Positions 37,760 through 51,006 of a DNA stretch of 64,000 bases are shown here, in pieces (the stretch's first letter is position 1; every line of letters begins with the position of its first letter). A program made the position numbers and the translations under genes. Below the pieces are notes generated by a model. It had not been told where the DNA came from and ran no database searches. It saw nothing but the letters and a program-made list of their open reading frames with translations. This DNA is from Marsupella aquatica (Eukaryota; Plantae; Marchantiophyta), in assembly GCA_973895155.1 (NCBI GenBank), contig OZ316899.1, positions 4,095,241 to 4,159,240 on the forward strand. Direction: 5' to 3'.

Positions 37760-38947
37760 AAGAGACAAAAGATCATGGGTTCTCTGGGATGTGGTGGATG
37801 TCCAAAGTAGAAACAGTTGCTCAAAGAAGGATGTGGGTGGACGATATTGTAATGGAACGGAGTTTTGTTGTAATGTCTTTGTCAGCTAAAGTTTCTAAAA
37901 CTACTTTAACTATGTCCAACGGTCAAACTAAATGACAAAGTTGGTCAAACTATACATTGGTTCAAATCAAACCAATATGGTTGCCACTGGGACTACCACT
38001 ATGCCTCAAGCAAAGGTAGTGATTGATAATAAAACCCTTAGCAAGGACCATGTAGGGATTGATGTGAAAGATGATGTGGAATCCCCTTACTTTCCCAGCA
38101 TCCACAAGGGAGTAATTACTTTGGTTTGGTGACAAATTGATTAAAAAAAAACTAGTTGCAAATGAGAAATTTATGTCGGACATTTTGGTGGAAGGTTCAA
38201 AGAGGATGGATTTAGTGGATAGGGTTGATCTCTATCCAAATGTACATGATTGGGGAATACTGTGCACAAGGCCATACAATTTCAACAAGAGGAGTCAAGT
38301 ACATCCAATTGAAAAGAAGAGGTGGTTAATTGTCGAAAACCAAGGCAATTTCAACAAGAATGAAAGCTTCAATTAATGACATTGAAAACAAATGTTGCAA
38401 GCAGAAATATTGTCTAACTATGCCAACGAGATGACATAGAAGATATCAGGATAGAATTTCATGGGATGTCTAGCGAGTCAAAAACATATTTTCAACCTCT
38501 TTCACTATAGAGAAGATGATGTTTGTGATAAGGGAGTCCACCATGTTCTCAAGGGTATGGTTGTATGTAGACATGCATTTGCAATCATCCATGGTTTTAA
38601 CCACACAAAATATTATGATTACAAAATGAGACATGTGAGGGGTTGCAAAATTGGGTTCCATGGGAACATAGGCTCAATGAAAATAGGGGCAAATGCCTTG
38701 CATGTGCAAGGTTTGTTGGAAGACCTTTGACTCAAAATGTGGAGCCCATGCCTCATACGCCTTATGCAAGGGCTCATGGGATAAACTATATTAAGTATCA
38801 CCTTCTGGCGTGTTACAAGAAACTTGAGATTTTGGAAGATGTCAGAATAAAGATGAAGAAAGAAGGGTTTCCTCCAGTCACAGAGAATACTCTATACAAG
38901 ATTTGGAGCAAATCACTCACAAACTCTAATTTTTTATAAAGATGGCA
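37760..38947 (+). pseudogene. Sola-like transposase copy 2, fragment 1 (N-terminal)
   Basis: KDHVGIDV, VCRHAFAIIHGF..GCKIGFHGNIGSMK and EPMPH..NTLYKIWSK align with the 6546-8289 peptides. Confidence 0.85.
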
Positions 38948-39431
38948 TGTGAGATAAGGATGTTTATGAAAGAAGGGTTAACTAACCATAAATTTTAGAA
39001 TTTTTACGTTTAAGATCTCAAATGAGGCTGAAGAGGGACCTGAAGACTACTTTGAAGTGGTATGAGACTTTCAAGCCCATCTGAGGTCAACCCGGATTGA
39101 TATTAGAGAAGGAGGATCGACCCGGAACTTTTTACTATAAGCCGTGATGAGATATAAAAGCTTATACCGCGACTCTACTGAACAACAGCTGTCCATTGCC
39201 AAAGTTTTTAAAACCATAAGTCAAACACAAGCACGACCACAGCAGAATCCGGATATAAGGAAGTAGAGTCGATCCGGCCTCTCACACCTCTCAAAGCCAA
39301 ACTTAGTAGGTTTTGAGCTCTCGAGCGCATTAGGCTGTTTCAGCAGTAGAGTGAGGAAGCTCTACCCTTTTGGTAGAGGATCTTGGGTCCGGATTATAGG
39401 ACCAATCTTGCATTGCATGATGAGAGCCTGG

Positions 39432-40410
39432 TGTGGTAAGTGTTTTAGATGAAACTTATCTAAAATGTATCTTAGAAACTCAAATTCGTTCCCGTAGGGA
39501 ATAAAGGAAATCAATTTATGATGGTATTAAGGTCTTTGAGATCTTTAGGAGTCTCTTTCCTTACACAACTACTATGTATCACTCAAAATATTTATGATCA
39601 ATCGTTTTAATATGGAAACTCTCAGACTATCGCTCCTTCTCAAGAGAAGTTTGATTTTCGCTCCATTCCTAAATTCCTTATACTCAACAGAGATCGGCTT
39701 TACATTAGGGATTTCACTACAATTCTCTAAACTCTAGATTTCAGAACTTCACTCATATTTTTCCATACAAAACCAAAGAAATATTTTCTCAAAATGTATT
39801 CATTCATTCCAAGGTTTGCAAGAAATGCACGAGGAAATCATGAATAACAATGGAATTTGGGTGGTGCATTTTCTCATTTCTGCGATTCTTCCTCCTAAAG
39901 CCCAACTTGGCATGAGGAAAAGACCCATACTGGTCACAAATCGTTTCCAGAGAAAATGACAAGGCAATTTTGCATGGGAGTTCAATTGTAATACTCCCTC
40001 ACAGATCAAAGAGATCTGAAAAGGTTACTTAACTACCTAAAAACTAACTATTGATGGAAGATCTGAAGAGGTGAGTAGTTCTAACTACTTTCCTAAGCTA
40101 AGATTCCTAATGATGGCTAAACTAGTTTAGCTAAGCTAAATTCTATCTAATGAGCTCAATTTAGGAAAAGGGATAGAAAATGGTTTAAGAAAAGTTGAAT
40201 CAAAATCCAACTTAAAACGCCTGAATGATTCTTTCGATGTAAAAGCAATTGTCGATTAAAAAGGATCCTTCAATGTGAAAGCAGTTTTAGAGCTTTAACT
40301 CCTTCATCTTCTGTAAATAACTTCATTTGTGGCTTAAAAGGTTTCAAAAGTTTTGAAAAATATAAATTGAATACTCCTTTAGAACACTTCCTCAGAAAAG
40401 GCTTTCCACA
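39432..40410 (-). repeat. Athila-like 3' LTR
   Basis: TG..CA, preceded on the minus strand by the PPT at 40411-40425. Confidence 0.95.
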
Positions 40411-40511
40411 TAATCCCCTCCTTAAATGTGAAGCGACCTCGCGAACAATAAGTTTTGGAAAAGTTTCTTCTTTGGAAAGGATGTACCAGGTCATGATCTC
40501 CTCTAGCACCA

Positions 40512-42011
40512 TCATCTTCTAGGGCGGCGTCTTCTGATGTTTTGGATGAAATAATCGTTTTTTGGTAATTTTGAATGAAGTGATTCTTTGTCTCTTAAAG
40601 GCTGAGGGAATTCCTTCTTGAGCTTCCAAAATTGGAGCAAGTGGGATGAGCGTTTAAGCTTCTTGAGAGAAACCGGTGTTGGGCTCAGGGTGTCTAGATG
40701 GGAGCGCTTCAGTGTCTTCTTTCTGGGAACCAGTGGCTCTGATAAGTTTTGAACAGCTTCCATCTGAATAACCTCTGTACTTGGCTCCTCCTCTTTTTTT
40801 GGTTACTCTTCCGAGCTGATGCCACAATCGCTCGTTCCAATTTCTCGATGCTGAACCCAAAATTGCCTCCAATCTGCTGAATTCTCTCAAAGACTGTAGG
40901 TGCAGGCAACTTACAAAAATTAACAAGATTTAGCTGCAAGTCACCTAAGAGTACCTTACTCTCTGCAAGAACAATTGCTTGTCGTGCATGTGCCCGCAAA
41001 TCAAAGTTGATCGACGTGGTTGGGTTGGCTGGAACAAACTGAACTGGAATGCTGACATCAATCTCAATGTCTCCAGCCAACAGATGGGAAAGGTGTCCAT
41101 CTAGGGCATCTAAATAAACTTTAGAAAGACTCTTCTCCTCACTCCGCCAACCTTCCGAAGTCAAGGCGACCAACTGAAGACGATCTTCTGCAAAAAGCAA
41201 AATTTGGTCCGCCATTTTTGCCAAAGTCTCGAGCGATTGCTGAATAGTAGGCAGGACTGAGCTCTGAACCGCTTCTCTGAGCTTTTTCTCAAGCTCTTTC
41301 TTTTTTGTCTCCATGTTCATCTTGATTCGCTATGCATCAGCTTGTTTGGTCTTCATTGATTCTATCTCATTGAGGTCTTCTTTTTAACAATGAAAATTCT
41401 GCATGAGCTCCTCAATCAGGCTAGTGTTTAGAGCATTAGCTCTACAAAAATCGTCCATGGCTCCTTGCAACTTAATTGTGACCAACTGATGGCGTAGCAC
41501 TCGTTTCAAAATTCCTTCCTTCTCAGCAATCGCCTCAGATGTCTCTTCATCAGAATCAGTTGCTTCATCACTAGAAGGCTGATCTTCAATGAGTGAACGG
41601 TTTTTCACCTTAGCAATCCGTACCTTAGTTTGAATTTTGGCCCTTAAGCCTCTTAAATTGTTTTCCCTCTTTTTGAGAGAGTTCATGTCCTCTTTAATTT
41701 GAGCTTTTCATATTCTAGACCTACTGAGACTAGATTGGGGAACTAAAAAAATTCAAAATTTCTATAACTATTCTTATTCTAACATTAAAATATAGTCATG
41801 TTCATCCGCTATCAAATACTCTTAATTGACTTGACCAACAAATTGGACCAACTGGTACATTGGTCTTCCTCTCAATTTCCAGCTTCTCCATCTCCCTTTC
41901 CATCTTTTCTCTCATTGATTTGACTAAGGCAGATGGGGCACTATTAATTAGAAAATGAATAACCATAAATGTCAAGGGTGAGCCAAACTGTGGTGAGTCC
42001 TCCATACTCAC
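40512..42011 (-). CDS. Internal ORFs of the Athila-like element (coiled-coil rich, unknown function)
   Basis: ORFs 41802-42011, 41384-41686, 40709-41320 and 40512-40763; no gag or pol motif recognised. Confidence 0.45.
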
Positions 42012-43037
42012 AAGGTCAATTACTCAAGGGGAATTGATCAGATTCCCTTGAACAATGAGTCCTCTTCTCCTTCAAATTGGATTTTCCAATCAGATTGGTG
42101 CCCTTACCAAATTGATGTCTCCTTATTGAAATCAAATTTCTGCCCAATCCAATACTTGGGCTTTTCTTTCTTCTCCTTCAAATTGAATTTGCCAATTGGA
42201 ATTGTCCACTTATCAAATCAATTTTTATCTTTTTTGTTGTGAAAATGATTTACAACCCACTCCGGTTGCTTGGCCTTGAAGGCGTTTCTTCTCTTCTCTA
42301 TTTTGATAGCGTATCTCTCTCTCTAGGGTTAGTACCGTCTGTACTCATGGAGATCCATCTTTACTTCATAATTCTAATTATTCTTTCATGAATGTGCTCC
42401 ATTCATCAAAAATAGGAAATACTTATCAGACTTCCTCCATAGATCCTGACTTCCAAACCACATCGTTACCTTAATTTGGATCAAATTTATAATCCCCAAA
42501 TTTTTGTAACTGTTTTTGTTTATTGGCTCCTACGGCAATTTAAATTGAAGTTGTCAGGATTCAAATTCCTTCTACCGCACAACACCAAATCCTTGAGCAC
42601 TATCTTAAATCAGAAACATTGGCTTACATATGATAACAGACAATCTTAATTACCATTGAATTGATACGTCTATCAATTCATTTTGTCAAGACGATTGGCA
42701 TCATTTGCAATCCATTTGCGCCCCATTCATGACGATTCTTTCTTGGCACCAATGGTCGGGCGTTCTGTCTCCTGGCTCTTGTTACTATCTTCCTCCTTGA
42801 GGATTTGATGGTGCACCTTCCTCATCCTTTTGACATACATTTTGGGTGCATTCTTGATGGTGAATGGTTGTACATCAAACTTAAACACCAAGGGCGGTAT
42901 CCACAAATCATCCTCCATCACGAACAATTTGTTAAGCTTTGGCGCAACCTTCAGGCTTCAATTTGTTCTCAATTTCCAATCTCTTGGCGAAACTTCAGTC
43001 CGCTGTCTTCATAACTTGATTTCTTGATTTATTCCTC

Positions 43038-43050
43038 GGCAGCGGCGCCA
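43038..43050 (-). promoter_or_regulatory. Athila-type primer-binding site
   Basis: TGGCGCCGCTGCC, 9 nt inside the 5' LTR end; resembles the Athila consensus TGGCGCCGTTGCC. Confidence 0.85.
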
Positions 43051-43059
43051 AAAAGAATA

Positions 43060-44038
43060 TGTGGTAAGTGTTTTAGATGAAACTTATCTAAAATGTATCT
43101 TAGAAACTCAAATTCGTTCCCGTAGGGAATAAAGGAAATCAATTTATGATGGTATTAAGGTCTTTGAGATCTTTAGGAGTCTCTTTCCTTACACAACTAC
43201 TATGTATCACTCAAAATATTTATGATCAATCGTTTTAATATGGAAACTCTCAGACTATCGCTCCTTCTCAATAGAAGTTTGATTTTCGCTCCATTCCTAA
43301 ATTCCTTATACTCAACAGAGATCGGCTTTACATTAGGGATTTCACTACAATTCTCTAAACTCTAGATTTCAGAACTTCACTCATATTTTTCCATACAAAA
43401 CCAAAGAAATGTTTTCTCAAAATGTATTCATTCATTCCAAGGTTTGCAAGAAATGCACGAGGAAATCATGAATAACAATGGAATTTGGGTGGTGCATTTT
43501 CTCATTTCTGTGATTCTTCCTCCTAAAGCCCAACTTGGCATGAGGAAAAGACCCATACTGGTCACAAATCGTTTCCAGAGAAAATGACAAGGCAATTTTG
43601 CATGGGAGTTCAATTGTAATACTCCCTCACAGATCAAAGAGATCTGAAAAGGTTACTTAACTACCTAAAAACTAACTATTGATGGAAGATCTGAAGAGGT
43701 GAGTAGTTCTAACTACTTTCCTAAGCTAAGATTCCTAATGATGGCTAAACTAGTTTAGCTAAGCTAAATTCTATCTAATGAGCTCAATTTAGGAAAAGGG
43801 ATAGAAAATGGTTTAAGAAAAGTTGAATCAAAATCCAACTTAAAACGCCTGAACGATTCTTTCGATGTAAAAGCAATTGTCGATTAAAAAGGATCCTTCA
43901 ATGTGAAAGCAGTTTTAGAGCTTTAACTCCTTCATCTTCTGTAAATAACTTCATTTGTGGCTTAAAAGGTTTCAAAAGTTTTGAAAAATATAAATTGAAT
44001 ACTCCTTTAGAACACTTCCTCAGAAAAGGCTTTCCACA
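43060..44038 (-). repeat. Athila-like 5' LTR
   Basis: Near-identical to 39432-40410. Confidence 0.95.
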
Positions 44039-44284
44039 CCTGGATATGAGGGTACTGACTGATTCGTTGTGAGGGGAATGCCTACTCCACCGCTGGAAGT
44101 GAAGGCAGGAAGTTTAAGATCCTGATTGTGGATACATCGGTTGTGAGAAGGGAGGCCAGGTCCACTCGGACATCACCATTGCAGGCCCGATTGAGTCTAG
44201 CTTTTCCCCAAGTTCGATGCACCTGTATTTTGGTTGACGGAATCTTGATATAGTCCTCTAGAAAAGCTCGTCAGTTGATCAGAA

Positions 44285-45874
44285 ATGTTGCGGCCAGGTC
44301 GACCCGGACATTTCTACCAGTGGTCGACACCAAAGAGATTGAACATTTTGAAGCCGCATCATTGTAGAGCTCGCCGTAGAGGAGGCATACCATTTACCAA
44401 AAATCAATTTGCTACTTCCAGAAATCCTATGGAGCAAGGGGCGGATCCAGCCGGAATGTCCACTTCTCGCGTTTCTAAGGGGCATTCAACCTCAACATCA
44501 CCTGCACCCACTCCGGTTAAAGCCCTTGTGAGACGATCAAAGAGAAAGGAGGTCCCCATTGCCATGAAAATTCTGAGGCCAGCTATTCCGGACAATGAAG
44601 CTGAGAAGGTCAAATTGAGGGAGTCTTTGCTTAGGATGGGCTGTGAGTCTCTGATGGAGCTACCCTGGAGTTATCAGAGCAAAGATATGATCAGAGAGAT
44701 CCGATCCAAGGAGTGTCCGGCTGGGTTTAAGGATACCTCCAGAGGCCGACCTGAGCGATGGACTCAGATGATGGTTGCAGGAGCTTTTGTATTGGAAGAT
44801 GAAGGAGAAGGTCCAGTGGGGAGAGTTGTCAATCTAATCCTTCCTTACTTCAAAGGAGCCATCAACAGTAAGGACGGGTTCAATGTTTCTAAGTGTTTGG
44901 ATCCTGATTTGAAACGAGTCTTCAGCTTCCTGCTACCCCTGCTATATCCTGAGAAGCCACAAAGAGTTACTGTTGGAGTTGGCTCTACCATTGTTGCTGC
45001 TTACAAGGGAGAAAGAAAAGTCAACTGGGCTAAACTTATCTTTGATTTGATAAGGAAGTTGGTACAGAACCTGTCCAATAAGAGTCCTACTCCCCTCTCC
45101 TGCTACCTGGTACATCTATATAGCTTTGAAGGAGTCTTGTTCAGAGAGGAGAAGAAATTACTATTGGCCAAGTTCAACTTCATAAAGTATGGAGAGGCAG
45201 ATCCAGATATCACCCAGGCCACCTCTGATGACAGTGAGGATGAGGAACCAGCAGAGACAAATCCTCAAAAGACCCGGTCTGTTGCTCGGAACCTCGACCC
45301 GGACTTCGCCGACCTGGCCTTCGTCGACCCGGCTGAATTTCTGGATGCACCCGACCATGCCTTCCTAGACACCCTAGCTGATTTCCAGATCATCTCAAAC
45401 ACATTCCAGAAGGTGAAGAGGAAGACCACTGTGATGGAGAAGGCCATCACTGACATTTCTCAGAAGTTAGGAGTGAAACCAGGGCAGATTCTTGAAAAGA
45501 TCTCCACCATGAGTGATGCCACAGATAAGAGGAAGTTGGAGAAGGAGAATGAGTTCCTCAAGAAGAAGGTATCTGAACTCAAACAACAGTTGGAAAGGAG
45601 TAAGAAGAAGAATGAGCTTGAGCATACTCTCCAACTCAGTATCACTCAATCTTTGGATCTGATTGAGCCTTTGACTAAGATAGCTTCTCTGGATCTTCTT
45701 AAGGCCCAAATTTATGATGAGTATTTGGCCAAGAACACCACACCCATCCTTTTCTCCAAGATTAACCATTTAGTGGTAGATGTGAGTGCCAAGGTGGATG
45801 ATGCACTTACGGGTCTCTCAAAGACCTGTGAAGCCTTAAGGGAGATGAGTGACTTGACTACAGAGGAGCTATAA
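44285..45874 (+). CDS. Intact Gypsy-type accessory protein (globular domain plus coiled coil); likely ATG at 44429
   Basis: Uninterrupted 529-codon frame; FLLPLLYPEKPQRVTV..KVNWAKLI..LSCYLVHLY followed by a heptad-rich C-terminus. Confidence 0.75.
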   Translation: MLRPGRPGHFYQWSTPKRLNILKPHHCRARRRGGIPFTKNQFATSRNPMEQGADPAGMSTSRVSKGHSTSTSPAPTPVKALVRRSKRKEVPIAMKILRPAIPDNEAEKVKLRESLLRMGCESLMELPWSYQSKDMIREIRSKECPAGFKDTSRGRPERWTQMMVAGAFVLEDEGEGPVGRVVNLILPYFKGAINSKDGFNVSKCLDPDLKRVFSFLLPLLYPEKPQRVTVGVGSTIVAAYKGERKVNWAKLIFDLIRKLVQNLSNKSPTPLSCYLVHLYSFEGVLFREEKKLLLAKFNFIKYGEADPDITQATSDDSEDEEPAETNPQKTRSVARNLDPDFADLAFVDPAEFLDAPDHAFLDTLADFQIISNTFQKVKRKTTVMEKAITDISQKLGVKPGQILEKISTMSDATDKRKLEKENEFLKKKVSELKQQLERSKKKNELEHTLQLSITQSLDLIEPLTKIASLDLLKAQIYDEYLAKNTTPILFSKINHLVVDVSAKVDDALTGLSKTCEALREMSDLTTEEL

Positions 45875-47162
45875 GCTGATACTGAGATTCCTGCCTTTAC
45901 TACCAGATCTTTCTCTCCTAGTCCTCATGAAGGAGTCTATTCCACTGGCCCCTCATCACCCCTCAACCCTCCTGGTTTCCCCACTCCCAGTACACACTTC
46001 CACTCCAATTCTTACACTTATTCTCATGACCCAAGTGCCCATAAGGAGAACATGGATATTGACCCGTCCATCCCTTTTACCACTGGCCAGCAGGGAGTTT
46101 TCCTTCGACCAGAACCCCTTGCCATGGCTAACCCTGAGGAGGTTCCTTCCCAAAAGCTAGGACCATAATAGAGTTATATTTAGAGAGTTAGAGCCACATT
46201 AGTTTAGACTTAGAAATAGCTATATAGACTAGTATATGAGTAAGTAGACTCAAGTATTTTGTTGGTGTATCCATTGGAGACTCTACTCCATTTTTGACTA
46301 GGATAGTTCACTTTTATTTACATATTTCTTTAGACTTGGGTTTTGAAGAGGCATGTCTTTTCATAATCTCCACTTTTAGTACAAAAGGAGGAGAACCCAA
46401 AGTCAACCCCGGGAGAGAGAGATGCATTTGATTTCCCCATTTTGATTTTGGAGAAATCTATGTATTTTCTTCCCTTCTTTTTACCATGGTTAAGTAAAGA
46501 GAAGTTTCAAGATTAGCAACCCTTTGAGTTGTTGTGCAATATTCAATGAATACTAGCGTGTGCCTATGATGATATTGGAAGATCGGCAAGGTCTGTGACC
46601 AATTCATATAGAAGATTCACCAAAGAGAAATTGGAATTTACGTGAAACTCAAATAAGCAATCTTAAGGATAGTAGGAGAAGTAAACCAATTCGAGTATCC
46701 TAGTACCGTCTTAAGCAAGACCAGAAAAGTGTCCCGGGTTGATTTACATTGTTGTCTTCTAAATTCAAGAGATGGAGAAGAGTTGCTATGAGAAATCAAA
46801 AAGCATATACAATGTTGATTTCCGAATCTTAAATTAGGCCATAATCCTTATTGAAGGAGTGGTGATGGTCGGAATTCAATTTCCTTGCGCTTTGAAACCT
46901 CCTACCTACTCTCTCTAGTTTTTGATCTTTGTTAATTCTAGCGTTTATTTCCGCACTGTGAATCCTGTGGATTACCCACTTGAGTTTGTGGTTAAACACT
47001 TATGTTAAGGAGATCATTAGAAATCTCTCCAACCTAAGAATGTTGGTGTAAACTTCTCAAATTGTGTTAATTCAGTCTTTTCGATCTTATCCACTCCTAA
47101 TGGGAACGAAATCGAGTTATTAAGGAGTAAATAGTCATTTATCTCTTTATCACCTTGCTACA

Positions 47163-47549
47163 TGGCACATTTGTCAAGTGTACTCTTTATTGTGAATACA
47201 AAGATAGTTTGATGTCAAAAAGAAGGAAAACAGAACATGCTGAAATTGAAGACAAATAAGGGCAACATCTCTTTGAGCAAATGTCACATAGATATGTTTA
47301 CTATGCTCATCAAGTGATGGCCAAGCAACATTGAGGAGAATATTTTTGCATTATTCACAACAAGATGGATCAAGCCAAGAGATGAATTCTAAAAATGATC
47401 AGTACTTAAATTGATTTTGGGTCATGGAATGCTGCTACCTACTGCTATCGCAAGGATGTTGATCCGCTACCTACTGCTATCGCAAGGATGTTGATCCACA
47501 AGAGAGATCCAAAAGTTTATGCACACTTCAGTGTCATTGGCCTTTGGCC
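47163..47549 (+). pseudogene. Sola-like transposase copy 2, fragment 2
   Basis: Manual translation FVKCTLYC...IIHNKMDQAK...RDPKVYAHF matches FSKCDLC...IHDKMDQAK...RDPRIYAHF of element 1. Confidence 0.88.
47434..47497 (+). repeat. Perfect 32-bp tandem duplication
   Basis: gctacctactgctatcgcaaggatgttgatcc x2. Confidence 0.95.
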
Positions 47550-49496
47550 AGGGTATGACCATCGTGACAACATATAGTTAATAAATTTGCTGTTACAAGC
47601 AAAATTTGTGCTCGTAACAATAAAAATCTGCTCATACGAGTAATTCATTTACTAATAACAGTAAATCTGTTTACTCATACAAGAAACTATTTACTTGTAT
47701 GAGTTTTCCTTGTTGTTCAAAGTGTTCAAAAAGAGCTCCATGTTTTTATACAACAACCACATTAACATTCACTGGAATGCTAACATAATGGGGCCCACCA
47801 TTCCATCATAAATATCAGACAATATGTAGGTCATTATAAGAAGACGCGTTTATTAAAATGAGAAGAGGTATCCAAGCTTTAGCCCATTTTAGCTAGCGCC
47901 AAGCGCTAGCCATAGGACCTACATATTTTTGGAGAAGAAACGGGTACGTCTTTTGCCCGTTAGAAAAGACAAATTCAATTTAGAGCTGTTCAACATCACC
48001 AAATTGGCTAAATGTCCGTTTCATATTGTCAATTGAGTAGGTAACGGATTTCGCCCAATGTCAGAACTAGTTGACTAGATAATGTAGAATTGTGAAGACT
48101 CAACTTCAACACAGTCCTGAATACCCAATATAGATGTTTGCAAGGCATGTAAGGTTTTGTGTAAATGTGCCGACGGTAAAAATCCTCACATGAACAACAA
48201 GGGAAACAAAAAATCTACACCCAATAAGAGGCTACAGTCCTCTCATGTTCATGTGTTCTAATACAATACTGCTTTCCCCACACATTCCCACTCGTGACAT
48301 CTCTCTGGCATATGAGTCTCATTACTTTTGTTTCAGAAGCTTCAATCTTCTTGTAATGTGTTTGAGTTAGATTCACTCTTTGCAAGCACTTCCTTCCATT
48401 TCTCAAGGGACATCTCAAAATTGGGTCCGCTAAATTGATCCTCTCTTGGAACAAATTCACATCGATGCGTAAGTTGGATGGGGATGACTCCTAAGGAATC
48501 TCCCCTCTCTCCTATCCCAGTTAGTCCTTGTTCTCTCAAGAATTGGATCTTGCCCTTCCTGGAGACTGGTCCCTCTCACAATTGGAAGAACGGGTGGTAC
48601 ATTGGGAATGTTTGAAACCTCTTTGTGGATGACTTTTGTGACATTTATTGTTTGGGAAAAACCATATCTGGTCCGGATGTGGTTCTCCTCTAAAAAATCT
48701 ACATCCTCTCATAGATATTGCGACAACTAGTTCTGGATTTGGAAACCCAATCTTCTTTACTCAATTTTGACATTCATCGCGGCTCCCTCTCCAACCGAGT
48801 GTTCCATTGCAAGCAGGATCAACACCACGTTTTGAAGTTTGTTGAAGCTGCCACACACCTGGATCTATGTCCTCACCCAACCCACTTCAATGCACCCGGT
48901 ACACCTCTTAGTGGCGCTGCTAGTCCCATCATACACTCAGATTGCCTCACACACACACACACACACATCCATGAGAGAAATGAGGTCTGAGAGAAAAACT
49001 CAATTAGATTCAAAGATGTGCACAAAAGTTCACTGAGAACACTTGATCCAAACAATAGGCCGGAAGGCTATCTACTTTAGATTGCAACGTGCTTGCCCTA
49101 CAAGCCCCTGCTCGCCATGCAAGCTCAATCTTGAACCTGAGCCCGACTCACTCCAGATTGCAACGGCAGATTGGACTTGAACCAATCCCGTACTTGCCTT
49201 ACAAACTCAATCCTAAACTCAACCTCCTTCATTGCACTTCATTCTTGGGGGCACATACAGATCTCACACCTCCATTTCAGAATGTCAAGTTACGCATGCA
49301 CACTTGACTCAACTTCAAAGCTGGTACCAGGCCTAACGACGATCTACCCCAGACTGCAATGAGGCCTGGCCTCATGCTTGCCCTGCAAGCTCAGCTCTAG
49401 CCATAAATCCCTTAGTGCTCTCTATCGGACAAAGGCCGGGACTCCCCATGGATCACGTAGCCTTGCCAGACTAAACTGTAAATGCTCCTCTTGCTG

Positions 49497-49823
49497 GAGG
49501 GTTTTCACCGTGACAGCAAATAGATTTACTGTTATGAGCAAAAAAAATCCTGTTTCGAGCAAACATTTACTATTACGAGCAAACTAGACAATCTAAAAAT
49601 GTGTCATTAAAAGTCACAATTTTCAAAATAATTCAAAATACAACAATTTTTTGCTAGTGTAAGGCAATACCACTACTAGCTCTGGGCGCTAGCCAAAAAA
49701 TATTGACTCACAAAAAAAATTTAATATTTTTTTCCCCAAAAACAATTCCCCAAAAAATTTCAAAACTTTTACCACCCGTTTGTTGTTACAAGTAACTGTT
49801 TGCTGTCACGATGGTTATGCCCC
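49497..49823. mobile_element. MITE (327 bp) of the Mutator-like family
   Basis: 8-bp TSD tcttgctg/tcctgttg (2 transitions); ends match the TIRs of 47550-59489; internal tagctc-tgg-gcgcta. Confidence 0.85.
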
Positions 49824-50569
49824 TCCTGTTGCCCCTCAATCAGTATATGAGCTTCCCTAATGTGCTCACCGCAAATCAAATTGAAATTCTCCCCACAGTT
49901 TACAATCACCAACACATCACCTATCACCAAGGCTCTATATCGAGGGAAAAGAACCCAGTTGTGTTGCCTACTAGAAAGAGCCACAATCCAGCTTGCAAAC
50001 CTGGCCAACAGTTGTTGTGAAGCGTGGCTGATTACTCCCTGAGTAATAGCACAACCAAGCTCTCCCCAACACACAACTTCCAAGCCCAGTCTTCCTTGCA
50101 CAGAGCTCCTCCTTGTTGCTCAGTCTACGTGAGATCACACAACTGAAGTCCCCCCCTTGCCTCTACTAGGGGGCTGCTCTATATACTCTCATACTGAGCC
50201 CAAATGGGTGGATACTATGCTGTCGGAGCCCTATCCCAGCCCTAACAGAACCTTCACTATCTCTAACTATTGAACCCTAACTAGCAGCTTTATTTCTATC
50301 TCGAATTGGCTATGTATTTCGGATTTGGCTCTCCTTCACAATTTTTGTGAGCTTGCGCCTCCTCTCACAATTTTTCTATTCAACCATCTTTTGCGTGGAT
50401 AGCAGCGTTGGAAGCGGCTTGAGCTCCTCTTTCCAACGAGGTCAATAATAGCCAATTTGGGCAAATACAGAGAAAATTATGCCCCCTCAACCGAGAAGGG
50501 GTATACACTTCTACGCTAACTCGAGTTACATAGCTAATCCGAGTAGAGCTTACCCGTGGCCTCGGGCTA

Positions 50570-51006
50570 AGTCGCTATCTGTGTCTGTTGTCCATTGTTT
50601 GCTATCCGTGTTTGCTATCCATGTCTGTTGTCCATGTCCGCTATTCGTGTCCGTTGTCCATGTCCACTATCCGTGTCCGCTATCCGTAGCCATTATCCGT
50701 GGCCATTGTCCGCTATCCGCTATCCGTGTCCGGTGTCCGTGTCCGCTATCCGTGGCCATTGTTTGCTATCCGTTATCCGTGTCCGGTGTCCGTGTTTGCT
50801 ATCTGTGGCCGTTGTCCGTGTCCGCTATCCGTGGCCATTGACCGCTATCCGTGTTCGGTGTCCGTGTCCGTGGCCATTGTTCGCTATCCGTGTCCGGTGT
50901 CCGTGTCTGGTGTCCGTGTCCGGTGTCCGTGTTTGCTATCCGTGGCCATTGTCTATGTCCGCTATCTGTGGCCGTTGTCCGCAATCCGTGTTTGTTGTCC
51001 GTGTCC
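50570..51006 (+). repeat. Compound simple repeat (ctatccg / tgtccg / tggccat units)
   Basis: Read directly; related tracts at 20800-20950 and 32310-32530 in copy 2. Confidence 0.9.

Larger units (their letters stand above)
39432..44038 (-). mobile_element. Young non-autonomous Athila-like Gypsy element
   Basis: 979-bp LTRs with about 4 differences, TSD CCTGG (39427-39431, 44039-44043), PBS TGGCGCCGCTGCC, PPT aaggaggggatta; no RT or IN. Confidence 0.95.
38948..47162 (+). mobile_element. Family D TG..CA unit (about 3.6 kb without the nested element), solo-LTR-like, carrying a 529-aa ORF
   Basis: Starts tgtgagat, ends gctaca, perfect 5-bp TSD TGGCA (38943-38947, 47163-47167); no internal terminal repeat seen. 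Confidence 0.85.
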
